A stretch of 64,000 nt of DNA, taken from assembly GCA_965223865.1 (NCBI GenBank), contig OZ245020.1, forward strand, positions 160,001 to 224,000, in the 5' to 3' direction. A program made the position numbers and the translations under genes. Below the pieces are notes generated by a model. It made no database searches, was not told the origin of the DNA, and saw only the letters and a program-made list of their open reading frames with translations. This DNA comes from Nitrosarchaeum sp. (GTDB taxonomy: Archaea > Thermoproteota > Nitrososphaeria > Nitrososphaerales > Nitrosopumilaceae). This document shows, in pieces, positions 21,511 through 31,992 of the stretch (the first letter of the stretch is position 1; every line of letters begins with the position of its first letter).

Positions 21511-21894
21511 ATGTCTAATGAGGAATATTACAAGTTATCAGAGAATATCTTAAGTCTTGATTCAGGAATAAGATTTGTAACAATTCTTGGAAATCAAGGA
21601 CAAATAATCTATGGAGGAAGTAAACAGGGTGTAGAAAATTATTTAGATCCCCATGATCAGAGACTCTCCGCAGAGCATATCTTAAGGGCATGGAAACTTA
21701 GAAAAGAATTCGAGGATGCCATTGGTGAAAGCAAATATGCAATGGCTCAATATGAAAAAATAAGAAGGTATACTGTTCCCATTGACCAAAATCGTCTATT
21801 ATTTATCACCACAGAATCTACCCTATCAAATCAATCATTCATAGAAAATATACTGGAATTAGTAGAGACATTCAAAAAAACCTCTTCAATCTAA
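21511..21894 (+). CDS. Roadblock/profilin-like thaumarchaeal protein (DUF6659-like)
   Basis: IRFVTIL...G, IGESKYAMAQYEKI pattern; paralog at 28268. Confidence 0.7.
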   Translation: MSNEEYYKLSENILSLDSGIRFVTILGNQGQIIYGGSKQGVENYLDPHDQRLSAEHILRAWKLRKEFEDAIGESKYAMAQYEKIRRYTVPIDQNRLLFITTESTLSNQSFIENILELVETFKKTSSI

Positions 21895-21963
21895 ACAAAT
21901 ATGGAACAAATAACTTGTTTGAATGCAATTTTAGACATGAAGTGATATAAAAGAAAATTTGAG

Positions 21964-22758
21964 TCACTCTTTTTCATAAAGATTAACTTTAACTTTAGTT
22001 GTCCAAGGGTTTAGTTCATCAGGAAAGACTACCAATAAGCCACCATCTTTTTGAATATTTTCACAAGTACCACTGTAGCTTTGTTTGTTTTGTCCATAGC
22101 AACTTGAATTGGAATAATAATTAAATTCATTGTTTGAGAAATATTCACGTTGTATAGATGATGGAACAAAGTATACATCAAATCCTAAATCTGTGTTATC
22201 AGTTTTGATACTATAATCATATGATGTAATTTCCTTTGATGTACATATAGGGAAAAATTGTGCAAATCCATTTTTAATTCTTAATTGTTGTTCTATATTA
22301 TCATAATTTTTATTTTCCATATCTGGATATACAGAAATTTCAGGATTTGTGCTCAGTTGTTTTCCCTGTACGTATTCTATTTCATGACGTACTGTATCTA
22401 CCGCCTTCCTGTATAGCATAGGCTGCCATTCTTCTTGGCAGTCACTAAATTCGTGCTTTAACTCGACGTAAGATTTGTCATTGATTTCTTGAAGTTGATT
22501 ATAATTGTATTTTTTGGATTCTGCATTTAATACAAGATTACTATTGTTATCATTTTTTGATTTATACCATGAATTAGTTACTTCAAAGATTATATTCTTT
22601 GAATCGCTGTTCCAATCTGGCAGTAAATGCACATATACAGAATATTTGTTTATGACTTGTTCAGTTTCTGATGCAAGAATCAAATGTCCAAAAAATGCAT
22701 TAATAAAAATTATAGAAAATGCAAAAACAGGAATTATTACATAGAGAATTCTTTTCAT
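21964..22758 (-). CDS. Secreted/membrane-anchored hypothetical protein
   Basis: N-terminal hydrophobic helix, Cys-containing soluble domain. Confidence 0.75.
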   Translation of the reverse strand: MKRILYVIIPVFAFSIIFINAFFGHLILASETEQVINKYSVYVHLLPDWNSDSKNIIFEVTNSWYKSKNDNNSNLVLNAESKKYNYNQLQEINDKSYVELKHEFSDCQEEWQPMLYRKAVDTVRHEIEYVQGKQLSTNPEISVYPDMENKNYDNIEQQLRIKNGFAQFFPICTSKEITSYDYSIKTDNTDLGFDVYFVPSSIQREYFSNNEFNYYSNSSCYGQNKQSYSGTCENIQKDGGLLVVFPDELNPWTTKVKVNLYEKE

Positions 22759-22952
22759 TGAGAGGATCCTCCATAAAACCTAATACCAGTTTCAGGTTCT
22801 TGAAGTTCTTTTTTTCTATTTTTTATTAGCATATCTTTTTTGATGGTTACTCCAAGATTATTACAAGAAAGAAAAAAATATGTTTTTAGTTTTCATAATA
22901 TTGCTAGATAAGTTTGATAAATAGATAGGCTGGACCAAATTCTACTATATTA

Positions 22953-23018
22953 TGTCCAAATTGGACAGGATATCACGTCTAAATTGATACATTTAACGAA
23001 AAATGTCCAGCCTGGAAA
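22953..23018. promoter_or_regulatory. Putative operator pair TGTCCA-N3-TGGA(C/A)A
   Basis: Perfect TGTCCAAATTGGACA at 22953-22967 and imperfect TGTCCAGCCTGGAAA at 23004-23018 upstream of the Lrp-GAF gene. Confidence 0.45.
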
Positions 23019-23049
23019 TAGATATTATCTTGTTTTACCTAGATTACTA

Positions 23050-24048
23050 GTGCAAGATAAGATAGACAGGATTATTCTGGCACAATTAGGAAAAAATGCT
23101 CGATTATCATCACAAGAGTTGCAAAAAATTCTTAAAAATTTAGGGCATACAATTACAGATAGAGGAATAAGACATCGGTTACATAGATTAGAAAAGAATA
23201 ATGTGATTTTGGGTTATTCTGCAATTCTAAATCCAAATATAATTTCAGAAAAAATAAATCGAATTATTCTAATGAAATTTAAGTTCGGAAGATCTTCTCA
23301 AGAAAAAATTAAATTATTAACCGATTATGTGAATCAATCAACATTTTGTACATATTCTAATAGACTAAGTGGAGATTATGATTGGATATGTAATTTTATT
23401 TTTGACTCCATTGAGCAATACGAGTTGGAGACAAATAATTTTCTAAACAGATTTTCTTCCCTTATTGCAGATTATAGATCTTATGAATCAAAGATGATAA
23501 AATCCTCACCATATGTTGTGTTTGATGAAGAAGGGATACAAGAGAAAAAAGAAAAAGCATTTCAAATTTTAAGCTCAATTAGAAAATATAATACACTCAA
23601 TGAGAGATTACAAGCAATTGTTGAGAGTATGGTGAGATACTTTAATGCTACATTTGCAAGAGTATGGTTTGTCGATAAGGATAGAAAGAATCTAATTCTA
23701 AAATACAGTGCAGGTAAGTATATTGGAATTAAAGGCGAGTTTTCCAAAGTATCGATTAATTCCTTGAAGATTGGATCTGTAGCTAAAACCAAAAAACCAG
23801 TTGTAACAAATGATGTCATAAATGATCCTAGAATAAAACATCCAGATTGGGCAAAAAAAGAAAAATTGAAATCATTTGGAGCTTATCCTCTAATCTATAA
23901 AGGAAAAGTTATTGCAGTTTTAGCGATGTTTAGCAAAAAGGAGCTTAGTCATGTTGATTTTGAAATTTTAGGATTGTTTTCTGAACAACTCTCAAAGGAG
24001 CTAGTGGGATTTTTTGAGGCTAAAGACTTTCTAGATAGAGCAGATTAA
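23050..24048 (+). CDS. Lrp/AsnC-family regulator fused to C-terminal GAF domain
   Basis: DKIDRIILAQLGKNARLS HTH, LSGDYD RAM domain, GAF (NDVINDPR..HPDWAK, SFGAYPLI); likely GTG start at 23050. Confidence 0.85.
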   Translation: MQDKIDRIILAQLGKNARLSSQELQKILKNLGHTITDRGIRHRLHRLEKNNVILGYSAILNPNIISEKINRIILMKFKFGRSSQEKIKLLTDYVNQSTFCTYSNRLSGDYDWICNFIFDSIEQYELETNNFLNRFSSLIADYRSYESKMIKSSPYVVFDEEGIQEKKEKAFQILSSIRKYNTLNERLQAIVESMVRYFNATFARVWFVDKDRKNLILKYSAGKYIGIKGEFSKVSINSLKIGSVAKTKKPVVTNDVINDPRIKHPDWAKKEKLKSFGAYPLIYKGKVIAVLAMFSKKELSHVDFEILGLFSEQLSKELVGFFEAKDFLDRAD

Positions 24049-24240
24049 ATTTTAGAGATTTTCAGTGCCGTAATAATGGGCCTACGTCAATTCGCCTACT
24101 AGATTGGGGATAAAATTGGAAGTATTTACAAATAAAAATAAAATAATTTCAAATCAAACAAGATGAACTGAATTTTTAGTACAATTCCTTGAATTATTTT
24201 AAAAAAAATTGTTAAAAACTCAAATTTATAAAAAAAGAGT

Positions 24241-24561
24241 TTAAGGTTGAACAGCTGCTACTCTGTCCTGAACCTTGTCATAATAGCCGTTTATCTCCAT
24301 TGCTGGAATATTAAACGATGCTGAAACCACGTCACCAACTTGAGCAGTACACTCAGGAACGACTACACTTACGCCATGCTGAGATTCAGCAACACAACCG
24401 TGTTCTGTAATTGCAATTACTGTCACATCTTCAGTTACCTGTGTTGGAACGAAATTCCATGGGGTTAGCAAGAAAATAAGAATCACTGCGGTTCCTGCAG
24501 CCATCAATGCAATTGCTGCAATTCGTGGTGGTTTCTTTTCTTTTTGTGTTTTAGTTATCAT
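24241..24561 (-). CDS. Membrane-anchored small protein (paralog of 25619)
   Basis: TM helix followed by VIAITEHGC...ECTAQVGD. Confidence 0.75.
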   Translation of the reverse strand: MITKTQKEKKPPRIAAIALMAAGTAVILIFLLTPWNFVPTQVTEDVTVIAITEHGCVAESQHGVSVVVPECTAQVGDVVSASFNIPAMEINGYYDKVQDRVAAVQP

Positions 24562-24778
24562 TTCTCCTCACTACAATTTACGTCAAATTCGGATAAAAGG
24601 GACAGGATTACATTGTATTCAATTGCAATCATTTTTTTGCTAAGAAATTCTTTCAAATCAAACCAGATTCAAATCTTTAGAATGCATTAAAAGAAATGGA
24701 CAATTTACCACACGATTTCCATTGTTGAAAACCATATTCAGAAAATGTGTATACATAATTTATCATACCCTGTCAAGT

Positions 24779-25114
24779 ATGTTCATGCAAGAGTTGCAAT
24801 CTGTATTCAAAATAGAGGAAGACATTACAAAAGATGCAATACTCTCAGTTGTCTCAGACAAATATTGTCGCTCCATCATAAAAACAATTTTGACTGTGCC
24901 AAAATCGGCATTGGAAATATCTACAGAAACTCAAATTCCAATCAGCACAGTATATAGGCGAATACAAACACTTCATGACAACAAACTGCTCCGAACATCT
25001 GGCATGTTAAATGAAGATGGAAAGAAATTTTTCTTGTACAAAAGCAAGATAAAAGAAATTCGAAGCCAATTCAATAACGGTCAGATGAATGTAGAATTAT
25101 TTTTCAACCAATAA
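24779..25114 (+). CDS. ArsR-like winged-helix regulator
   Basis: SDKYCRSII, KSALEISTETQIPISTVYRRIQTL, DGKKFFLYKS. Confidence 0.85.
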   Translation: MFMQELQSVFKIEEDITKDAILSVVSDKYCRSIIKTILTVPKSALEISTETQIPISTVYRRIQTLHDNKLLRTSGMLNEDGKKFFLYKSKIKEIRSQFNNGQMNVELFFNQ

Positions 25115-25198
25115 ATGATCAATTCAATTATTTTTCTCCAAATTAATTTTACAAACGTAAAATAAAAGCAAAAAAACTATGTTAATTGTAATTAAATT

Positions 25199-25372
25199 TC
25201 AAGTGCGAGGTTTTGTTCGTAATAATGCTTTACAGCAAGGACATCTAATTTCTGTTACTTCTAAAAATAGACCACAAAACGTACATCGTTTTTGCCCATT
25301 TTGATATCTTTTACTGTTACTCATAGGAATTGCCTTTGATTCAATGCATATTCCTCTACAGGTTCTGGCCAT
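25199..25372 (-). CDS. 57-aa Cys-rich zinc-finger protein (absent from ORF track)
   Basis: MARTCRGICIESKAIPMSNSKRYQNGQKRCTFCGLFLEVTEIRCPCCKALLRTKPRT. Confidence 0.75.
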   Translation of the reverse strand: MARTCRGICIESKAIPMSNSKRYQNGQKRCTFCGLFLEVTEIRCPCCKALLRTKPRT

Positions 25373-25618
25373 ACAGTAGATGTTGGTAGAATTTGATATA
25401 ATGGATCAGTTTACAATGTGTTCAACTGCAATCATATATCATGATTTAAAACAAGACTGCTAAAAAATAATTTTATTCTGTTAACTGAAACGTTCAGACT
25501 TGAGGTATCATAAGAATTAGCTTTTTTTTATTTAGTTTCAAGATCTGATTTTCATGTACGAAAACCACTATTAGATAATATCTATTCCAATTTTATCTGG
25601 GTCTCACGTAAGAAAAAC

Positions 25619-25921
25619 ATGTCAGCAATTAATAACAGGCAATCAAAAAAGTCAGGCATGAACTCAATCGTTTTGGTAGGAGGTATCATTGCTGCAGGCG
25701 CCATTGTGCTATTTGCATATTTGATGTTTTTTACTGCTCCAGAGGAAAATATTGAGAGAGTCAAGATAATAGCAATAACTGATGATGGATGTATCGGAGA
25801 AACCGTAGATGGTTTTTCAGTCAACATAGGTGAATGCCAAGCACAGCCTGGCGATTCCATTATGGCTCCAGTTGATCAAAAAGCAAAAGAGCGTGCAGCC
25901 GCAATGAATCCAACAAGCTAA
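25619..25921 (+). CDS. Membrane-anchored small protein (paralog of 24241)
   Basis: TM helix followed by IIAITDDGC...ECQAQPGD. Confidence 0.75.
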   Translation: MSAINNRQSKKSGMNSIVLVGGIIAAGAIVLFAYLMFFTAPEENIERVKIIAITDDGCIGETVDGFSVNIGECQAQPGDSIMAPVDQKAKERAAAMNPTS

Positions 25922-25947
25922 TTTTTTTCTTTTTTTACTTTTTGTTT
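25922..25947 (+). terminator. Oligo-T archaeal terminator
   Basis: TTTTTTTCTTTTTTTACTTTTTGTTT immediately after the stop codon. Confidence 0.5.
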
Positions 25948-26170
25948 CTAGTCAAATCTCATGTTCATGTTAACATGAATTACCTTCTATTGTTAGATGT
26001 TAATCTTTAGAGGCTCATCTAGTTTATTTCCTATTCTTCTGGTTCAAGTCGTCCTAGATTCAGGTATTATTTTGGAAATAAAATAGACCGGATGGGATTC
26101 ACCTACTTACTTGGGGATAATTTTAGATCCATTTGGATAATTCATTCTGAATACTAGTCTGAAAAGAAAA

Positions 26171-27593
26171 TCAACTAGGCATTAATGGAATCTGTATAAA
26201 CACAAGTATTGCTGCAAGTATCATTGTAGGAATAGAGATTACAGCACCTGGCTTTATCCATTCCTTTAGTGAAATGTTTCCACGTTTTCTTCTTTCAAGC
26301 ATTCCTATTGCCACAATGTTTGCAGTACTTCCAATCAGTGTAAGATTACCAAAGAAAGTACCTCCAAACAACATTGCCCACCAAAATGGATAGTTATCTA
26401 CACCCATGTCTCCAAACTCATGGACAACTGGAATGAAAGTTGCAACTGCTAGCACATTGTCCATCAATGCACTAAGGATGCTGGTAACTGGAACAAAAAG
26501 AAAGTAAAGATTTGTCTCGTCATTTCCACTAAGATCATACATTCCTTCTGCAATAACAGTGGTCACTCCCAACATCTTCATTGTGCCAACCGATGCAAAC
26601 AAGAAGATAAAAAATGCCAGTGTCCACCAGTCTACACGTCTTTCTACCATCTCTCTTGCCTTTTTGTGATTTAGGAACAAAACAATTCCTGCAGCTGCAA
26701 ACGCAACTCCCGGAAGCAACACATTCTTCTCAAGATCTAGAGCCTCTTCTAAAGGACTGTGTGCAACAAGGGCAGCAATTGTTCCTATGAAGATTATCCA
26801 CGAAATTTTGAAGCTCTCTTTATGCACAGATACCTCCACTCCTGATGATGAGGATGAGGCTGATGTACTGTTGTCACCTAGCACATCTTCTGGCCTTTGA
26901 GAGCGAAGGGCATTACCCATCTGAGAGATGTATTTCCTAAAGTAGAGCAGTGATAGAGGAATTGCAACTCCTAAACCTGCAATGGATATTGGAGTTGCCC
27001 ATCTTAAAAATTCCATGAAAGTAAGTTCTGCCCGCATCGCAATCAATACGCCCACAGGATTTCCAACGACAGTTGCACTGCTTCCAATATTTGTGGCAAA
27101 TACTGTCATCATTACTAAGGGAATTGCACTGATTCTTAGCTTTCCAGTGAGATGCAGTACAGTTGCAGTCATAAACAGAATTGAGGTCACCTCATCTACC
27201 AATGCTGCAAATAATGCAGACATTAACATCAAAACAACTACAAGCTTGATAGGGTTATTTCCAACTCCCTTCATTATTTTTCCGAGTAGATGTTCAAAGA
27301 ATTTTTTTCTCTTCTAAAAATCCTACTACAATCATCATTCCTACCAAGAACAATATCATGTCAAATCCAGCAAACTCTATCATCGTATCTGTATCAAGTA
27401 GTCCCAATCCAAGCATTGCCGCGATTCCAACAAGTGCAAATGCAAGTCTGAATCGCCAGAAGAGTAAAGTTCCTACAATGAGTGATGCAAATATTGTTAC
27501 AGATGCAATCTGTTCTGCATTGAGTCCTGCAAAACTGACAGTTACTGAGATGCATCCAAGTATAATTGGATATAGGATATACTTTGGAATCAA
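26171..27593 (-). pseudogene. ArsB/NhaD/CitMHS (ion transporter superfamily) permease split by a +1 frameshift
   Basis: ORFs 27294-27593 and 26171-27274 join as ...FLEEKKFFEHLLGKIMKG if the A7 run (T7 at 27302-27308) is A6; motifs DEVTS, NIGSSATVVGNP, DNV, GNLTLIGSTANIV. Confidence 0.85.
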
Positions 27594-27596
27594 TTA

Positions 27597-27797
27597 CTAA
27601 TTTACCTCAGGTTTTGACATTACCTGTATGTGAGAATTTTTCTTGTCAATCCACACCTGAAATCCAGAATCCAGAAGAAGTGAGAACACCTCTACCCAAG
27701 GGAATTTTTCATTGTCAATTACGGTTATCTCATATCCTCCGTAATCTTCTACTATGTTGGCAGTAGAACCAATAGTTTTTTTGAGGATTAGAAACAA
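27597..27797 (-). CDS. Small hypothetical protein
   Basis: 66 aa, tightly coupled between Usp and transporter. Confidence 0.65.
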   Translation of the reverse strand: MFLILKKTIGSTANIVEDYGGYEITVIDNEKFPWVEVFSLLLDSGFQVWIDKKNSHIQVMSKPEVN

Positions 27798-28266
27798 CTA
27801 TTTTTTCTCCCCATCAATAAGCATGACAGGACAGGATATTTTCTCAAGTACTTTTCTTGATATGCTTCCTAGTTTCAGTATTGCCTTGAATCCAGGAAGT
27901 TTACGCCGTTTTGCCATTACGACAATATCGTAAACCTTGTTCATTGGCAATTCTGGTTATTTCCTCATCAGGATAGCCATGGACAACCTTTACGGAAACT
28001 GGAATGTTGTCTTTTTTTAAGGAGATTACCTGCTTGGTGAGTTTTTCATGCATTTCAACTTTCAGGTCTCTTCTGGCAGCCTGGATTTCCTTTGCCCATT
28101 TCCTCCTCTCAGGACTGAATCCAATTGATGGCGGTATGGGAATGTTTTCAACTACATGCAACACAGTCACGTTTGAATCATGCTTTTTTGCCATTTCTCT
28201 AGCATGCTCTAGTGCCCTGTCTCCTGCGTTTGTTCCTGCATGTGGTACCAAAATTTTCTTATACAT
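27798..28266 (-). pseudogene. Universal stress protein (UspA family), frameshifted
   Basis: MYKKILVPH...VLHVV...VVHGYP; removing one base at 27932-27934 restores YDIVVMAKRR...LGSISRKVLEKISCPVMLIDGEKK*. Confidence 0.85.
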
Positions 28267-28267
28267 T

Positions 28268-28666
28268 TCATTCGCCACCTGAAAGAGCATCATCATTTAG
28301 CCCATCATTGATTTTTGAAACAATTTTTTGAATTTCTGTCTCATGCAAAAATGATACTATTATTACATATTCATAAAATGGCACAGATATCATCAAACCT
28401 TTTTCCCTGTATGATATGATATAGTTAATAGGCCCCAAAGAAGAATTGAATTCTTTTCTCATTGTGATTTCAAGAACCATTTGCATGTAAAGCATGCGAC
28501 GTTTTGCATCATTCTCAAATGGAACCACACCATCTCTGAATTTCTCTGAGACAATATTTCCCATTTTGTCAATAATTCCTACAAATTGAACCTTATCAAC
28601 ATCAAATATTTTTTCACACAATTTCTGCATGTTCAAATGAACCTTGTTTTCCATGACAGAAATCAT
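28268..28666 (-). CDS. Roadblock/profilin-like thaumarchaeal protein (DUF6659-like)
   Basis: VQFVGIIDKMGN, MRKEFNSSLGPINYIISYREK. Confidence 0.75.
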   Translation of the reverse strand: MISVMENKVHLNMQKLCEKIFDVDKVQFVGIIDKMGNIVSEKFRDGVVPFENDAKRRMLYMQMVLEITMRKEFNSSLGPINYIISYREKGLMISVPFYEYVIIVSFLHETEIQKIVSKINDGLNDDALSGGE

Positions 28667-29015
28667 ATTCTTTAAAATGGGTTTGAAGTATTTAATAACA
28701 AAATAAAAAAGTGCCTAGTGCCAATTATATGAAAAAAATATTCCTTTTGGTAATCTTAACAAAATGCAAAACATATGTTAATTATTGTTAAAACGATTTA
28801 CAAAATATTCACTATTCAAAGAAATTTTGTCGAGACAAATATCGTAAACAATGAAACTAATGCAATTGCTATAAAATTAGACACAAGTCCATTTTTTACT
28901 ATGTCCTTTATTATTACCTTCGCATTCTCATATACGAGTGCATTGTGTTGAATTAATTTTCTCTACTCAAAAGGGATTCGATTTTCCTTATCACTAAAAA
29001 AATAAACTCCCGGAG

Positions 29016-29108
29016 CTATTTTCTAAACAATATCCAAATTCGTGATCCAACAAAAATTCCAACTGCTGAAGCAATTAATATTGATACTACAAACTGACCC
29101 TCGTTCAT
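29016..29108 (-). CDS. Putative 30-aa single-TM peptide
   Basis: MNEGQFVVSILIASAVGIFVGSRIWILFRK. Confidence 0.4.
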   Translation of the reverse strand: MNEGQFVVSILIASAVGIFVGSRIWILFRK

Positions 29109-29427
29109 CAATCATATTAGTAATTTTTAGTATTAAATCATGAGCAAATAATTTTCAAGTTACCACTAGATGCTTTACTTTCTAAAATTATTTTCATCTC
29201 ACAATTAATTCGGCCAGTAAGAAGTTTCTATTATCTATTTTTTATTTTTTTACCAAAAAGAAATTATTTATTCTTCAAGCTTTGTTAAGTTGCCTTTGAT
29301 ATCTTTCTAGATTCAAATCTTTAGAGATTTGAACTCTTTTAGGAATAATTTGCGATTTATTGCTTATTATTAAATGAAAATTTAGATCATTAAAGGTTTT
29401 ATCAAAACAATAAGAAAAAGACGGAAT

Positions 29428-29541
29428 CTAAAATTCATTACCACATTTAGTGCAATGATATTTTCCATCTGATTGGGTATGATTCCTACACTTACGACAC
29501 CAATTTGTAGACATTTCAAGAATCGATCTTGCATTTTTCAT
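29428..29541 (-). CDS. Putative 37-aa zinc-ribbon micro-protein
   Basis: MKNARSILEMSTNWCRKCRNHTQSDGKYHCTKCGNEF. Confidence 0.55.
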   Translation of the reverse strand: MKNARSILEMSTNWCRKCRNHTQSDGKYHCTKCGNEF

Positions 29542-29754
29542 TTATAAAAACAAGTTGAAATGTTTTGTTTTAGAACTCAAACAATTCAAAAATTAATGTG
29601 GTTTGTATTCTAATGGTTAGTCATTATTTTTGCTTCTGAAAACTTAGTTAAGTATCTACAAATCTTTGATATGCGACGTAAATATACTATTTTCTTGACT
29701 GTGATAAGTTAAAATGTTCAAAATGAGGATTGCATGAAGTACTATGGTTAGGAT

Positions 29755-30192
29755 TTACTCTCGGCTAGAATAGTTAGAAGATAAAATAATACAAACAAAA
29801 ATACCACTACCAGAAAGAGCTTGTGCACTGTGTTGTAATCCCTTTGGTATAAAAATTGTCGAAGGAGAAGATACTGTGTATTTTTCGTGGTCAAGTTGGA
29901 TCTCATAAGTTAGTTTTGAATGTTCAGAAAGAATTAGGTTGATCTCATCATAATTATGTTGATGTAGTTGACTGTATTGCGGAAGTTTCTTTGATGTATC
30001 TACAAAATGAACTGCAACATGAGTATTAGATTCAGGGATTAAAGATTTGTCAAGCATGGATAATCGTCGTATTGAAGCTTTTTTATGAAATGGGACTTTA
30101 TCAAGAGGCTCAGTTATTCCTCGCTTGATGAATTTCTTATATTTTCCCATCATATAGTTATAGTTCATTCTATTAAATAACTCTCTAAACAT
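29755..30192 (-). CDS. Cupin-domain protein
   Basis: HQHNYDE and IFIPKGLQH cupin motifs; true start probably downstream of 30192. Confidence 0.8.
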   Translation of the reverse strand: MFRELFNRMNYNYMMGKYKKFIKRGITEPLDKVPFHKKASIRRLSMLDKSLIPESNTHVAVHFVDTSKKLPQYSQLHQHNYDEINLILSEHSKLTYEIQLDHEKYTVSSPSTIFIPKGLQHSAQALSGSGIFVCIILSSNYSSRE

Positions 30193-30227
30193 TTTTCATA
30201 TAAACAATGAAGACTAACTAAAGATCA

Positions 30228-30920
30228 TTGTCGGATAGAATGTCAGAATGGTTTGTTCCAAAATTTGGCTCTCAAAAATTCAGAAAGAGTATTGGGATTT
30301 TGTATCTACCATATACTGCCATAGTTACTTGTTTTGCAATACTTGGTGCAATAACAGAACACATGGATATTGAGAGAATAATAGCAATTGCAGTAATTTA
30401 TTTTATGTCACTTGGCATCAGTGCACATCTGCTTGATGCCATAGGAGGAAGAACAAAACCTTGGGGTGATCTTCCAAAATTAAGACTTTGTGCAATTGCA
30501 CTATTTGTATTAGGCATAGCATTTACCATTGGACTCTATTATGCTTTTTTGGATTCACCATTACTTTTTCCAATTGGAATAATTGAAGGGTTTTTTCTTT
30601 TTGCATATAACTTGGAATTATTTGGAGGTAAATTTCATAATAAAAAATCGACCATCTTTTCATGGGGAGTATTACCAGTATTTGCAGGTTCTGCAATCCA
30701 AACAAATTCAATCACAATTGAGGCATTAATAATTTCAGGAATTGCTGCAGTAATCACATATATTTTAATCAAAAACTCTAGACCATACAAAATTCTAAAA
30801 CAAAAAAACGGTGACATTAATGAAATCAAAAAGAAAGAAATTATTCTAAAACTATTATCAATTGGAGTAGTTGTTGGAACTCTGATATTTTTTATAATTA
30901 GATATTTTTTCAGCATGTAA
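30228..30920 (+). CDS. Polytopic membrane protein (UbiA-like)
   Basis: AH.LD, AYNLE.FGG.FH; multiple TM helices. Confidence 0.7.
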   Translation: MSDRMSEWFVPKFGSQKFRKSIGILYLPYTAIVTCFAILGAITEHMDIERIIAIAVIYFMSLGISAHLLDAIGGRTKPWGDLPKLRLCAIALFVLGIAFTIGLYYAFLDSPLLFPIGIIEGFFLFAYNLELFGGKFHNKKSTIFSWGVLPVFAGSAIQTNSITIEALIISGIAAVITYILIKNSRPYKILKQKNGDINEIKKKEIILKLLSIGVVVGTLIFFIIRYFFSM

Positions 30921-31574
30921 TATTACTGAACAATTCCAAGTAAGATTCTGTTGTGTTACTGTAAAACCATGTTTCTCAAGCTCCTGTTTATATTGTTCAA
31001 CCCACTTGGTTTTTTGTATTAATTTTGGTAGTTCAGTAAATGCATACTTCCAAGGAGGAATAAAATTTCCTATACAGTTCAATAATAAAAAATACATTCT
31101 CCAAAATGCGTTAATCAGTTTATTATTTGGATATACAAAATCATGAAGAATAATAGAACCTCCTGAATGAAGATGAGCAATACATCTTTCAATCAAAATT
31201 TCTGAATTACAATATTTTGGAATATAAGATGAGCAAATGCAATCAAATTTTTGTTTAAGATCCATCTTTTCTGCATCTTCATGTATATAGGATATATTTG
31301 GAAAGGGATTTTTATTGGCTTGAGCTAAGTAGTTTTTTGATATATCTATTCCAACTATTTTAGTTTGAGGTAGTTTGGAAGCAATCATGCGAGTCAATAT
31401 TCCTGTACCACATGCAAGATCTAACACGGAATTAACATTGTTTATCTTGTTTACAATCTTTTTTTTCCAGTATCTATCTTTTCCAAAAGTAGTCCATGCT
31501 ACCACTCTTTCATATGTTTTTGCGGTTTCATCAAAAAAGCGCGGAACCAAATCTTTTGGAGATTGTATCATCAA
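30858..31574 (-). CDS. UbiE/MenG-like SAM methyltransferase
   Basis: FFDETAKTYE...TFG.D..WK, VLDLACGTG. Confidence 0.85.
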   Translation of the reverse strand: MMIQSPKDLVPRFFDETAKTYERVVAWTTFGKDRYWKKKIVNKINNVNSVLDLACGTGILTRMIASKLPQTKIVGIDISKNYLAQANKNPFPNISYIHEDAEKMDLKQKFDCICSSYIPKYCNSEILIERCIAHLHSGGSIILHDFVYPNNKLINAFWRMYFLLLNCIGNFIPPWKYAFTELPKLIQKTKWVEQYKQELEKHGFTVTQQNLTWNCSVILHAEKISNYKKYQSSNNYSN

Positions 31575-31607
31575 TTAATCTATATGATAATACTTAAACA
31601 AGTTATC

Positions 31608-31811
31608 TCATGAAAATTCAAATGTATCAAGCAGAATTGAAAACACTACGTAATATGCACCATAAAATGCTAATAGAAAGATACCAACCCATAAACAGTT
31701 TTTGGCCATTGAAGGATCTTCTTTTCTTAGAATAAAATAGGCTATGATACCTCCAAATATACTAAAGATGAGTGGTAGTCCATACCAAAAAGGACTCTTT
31801 GTCATGTTCAT
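31608..31811 (-). CDS. Small 2-TM membrane protein
   Basis: WYGLPLIFSIFGGIIAYF...DP..AKNCLWVG. Confidence 0.7.
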   Translation of the reverse strand: MNMTKSPFWYGLPLIFSIFGGIIAYFILRKEDPSMAKNCLWVGIFLLAFYGAYYVVFSILLDTFEFS

Positions 31812-31992
31812 CCATTATCCTTTTTTTCTCTTAAGTTTATGATTAAAAAATAAAATTCATAGTAGCATTTTCTCGTATCATTCTCTTATTGAAAGGATAT
31901 GGATTCACTGGAACTGCTATCATTTTGGGGTTAAAAATAGACGCAGATAGGCGTGAAAATACTTATCTGAATTGAATTTATGAAATTCTGTT

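Noticed and set aside
25964-25979. Perfect 16-bp palindrome TTCATGTTAACATGAA
   Set aside because: AT-rich, single copy, between convergent genes; no supporting context
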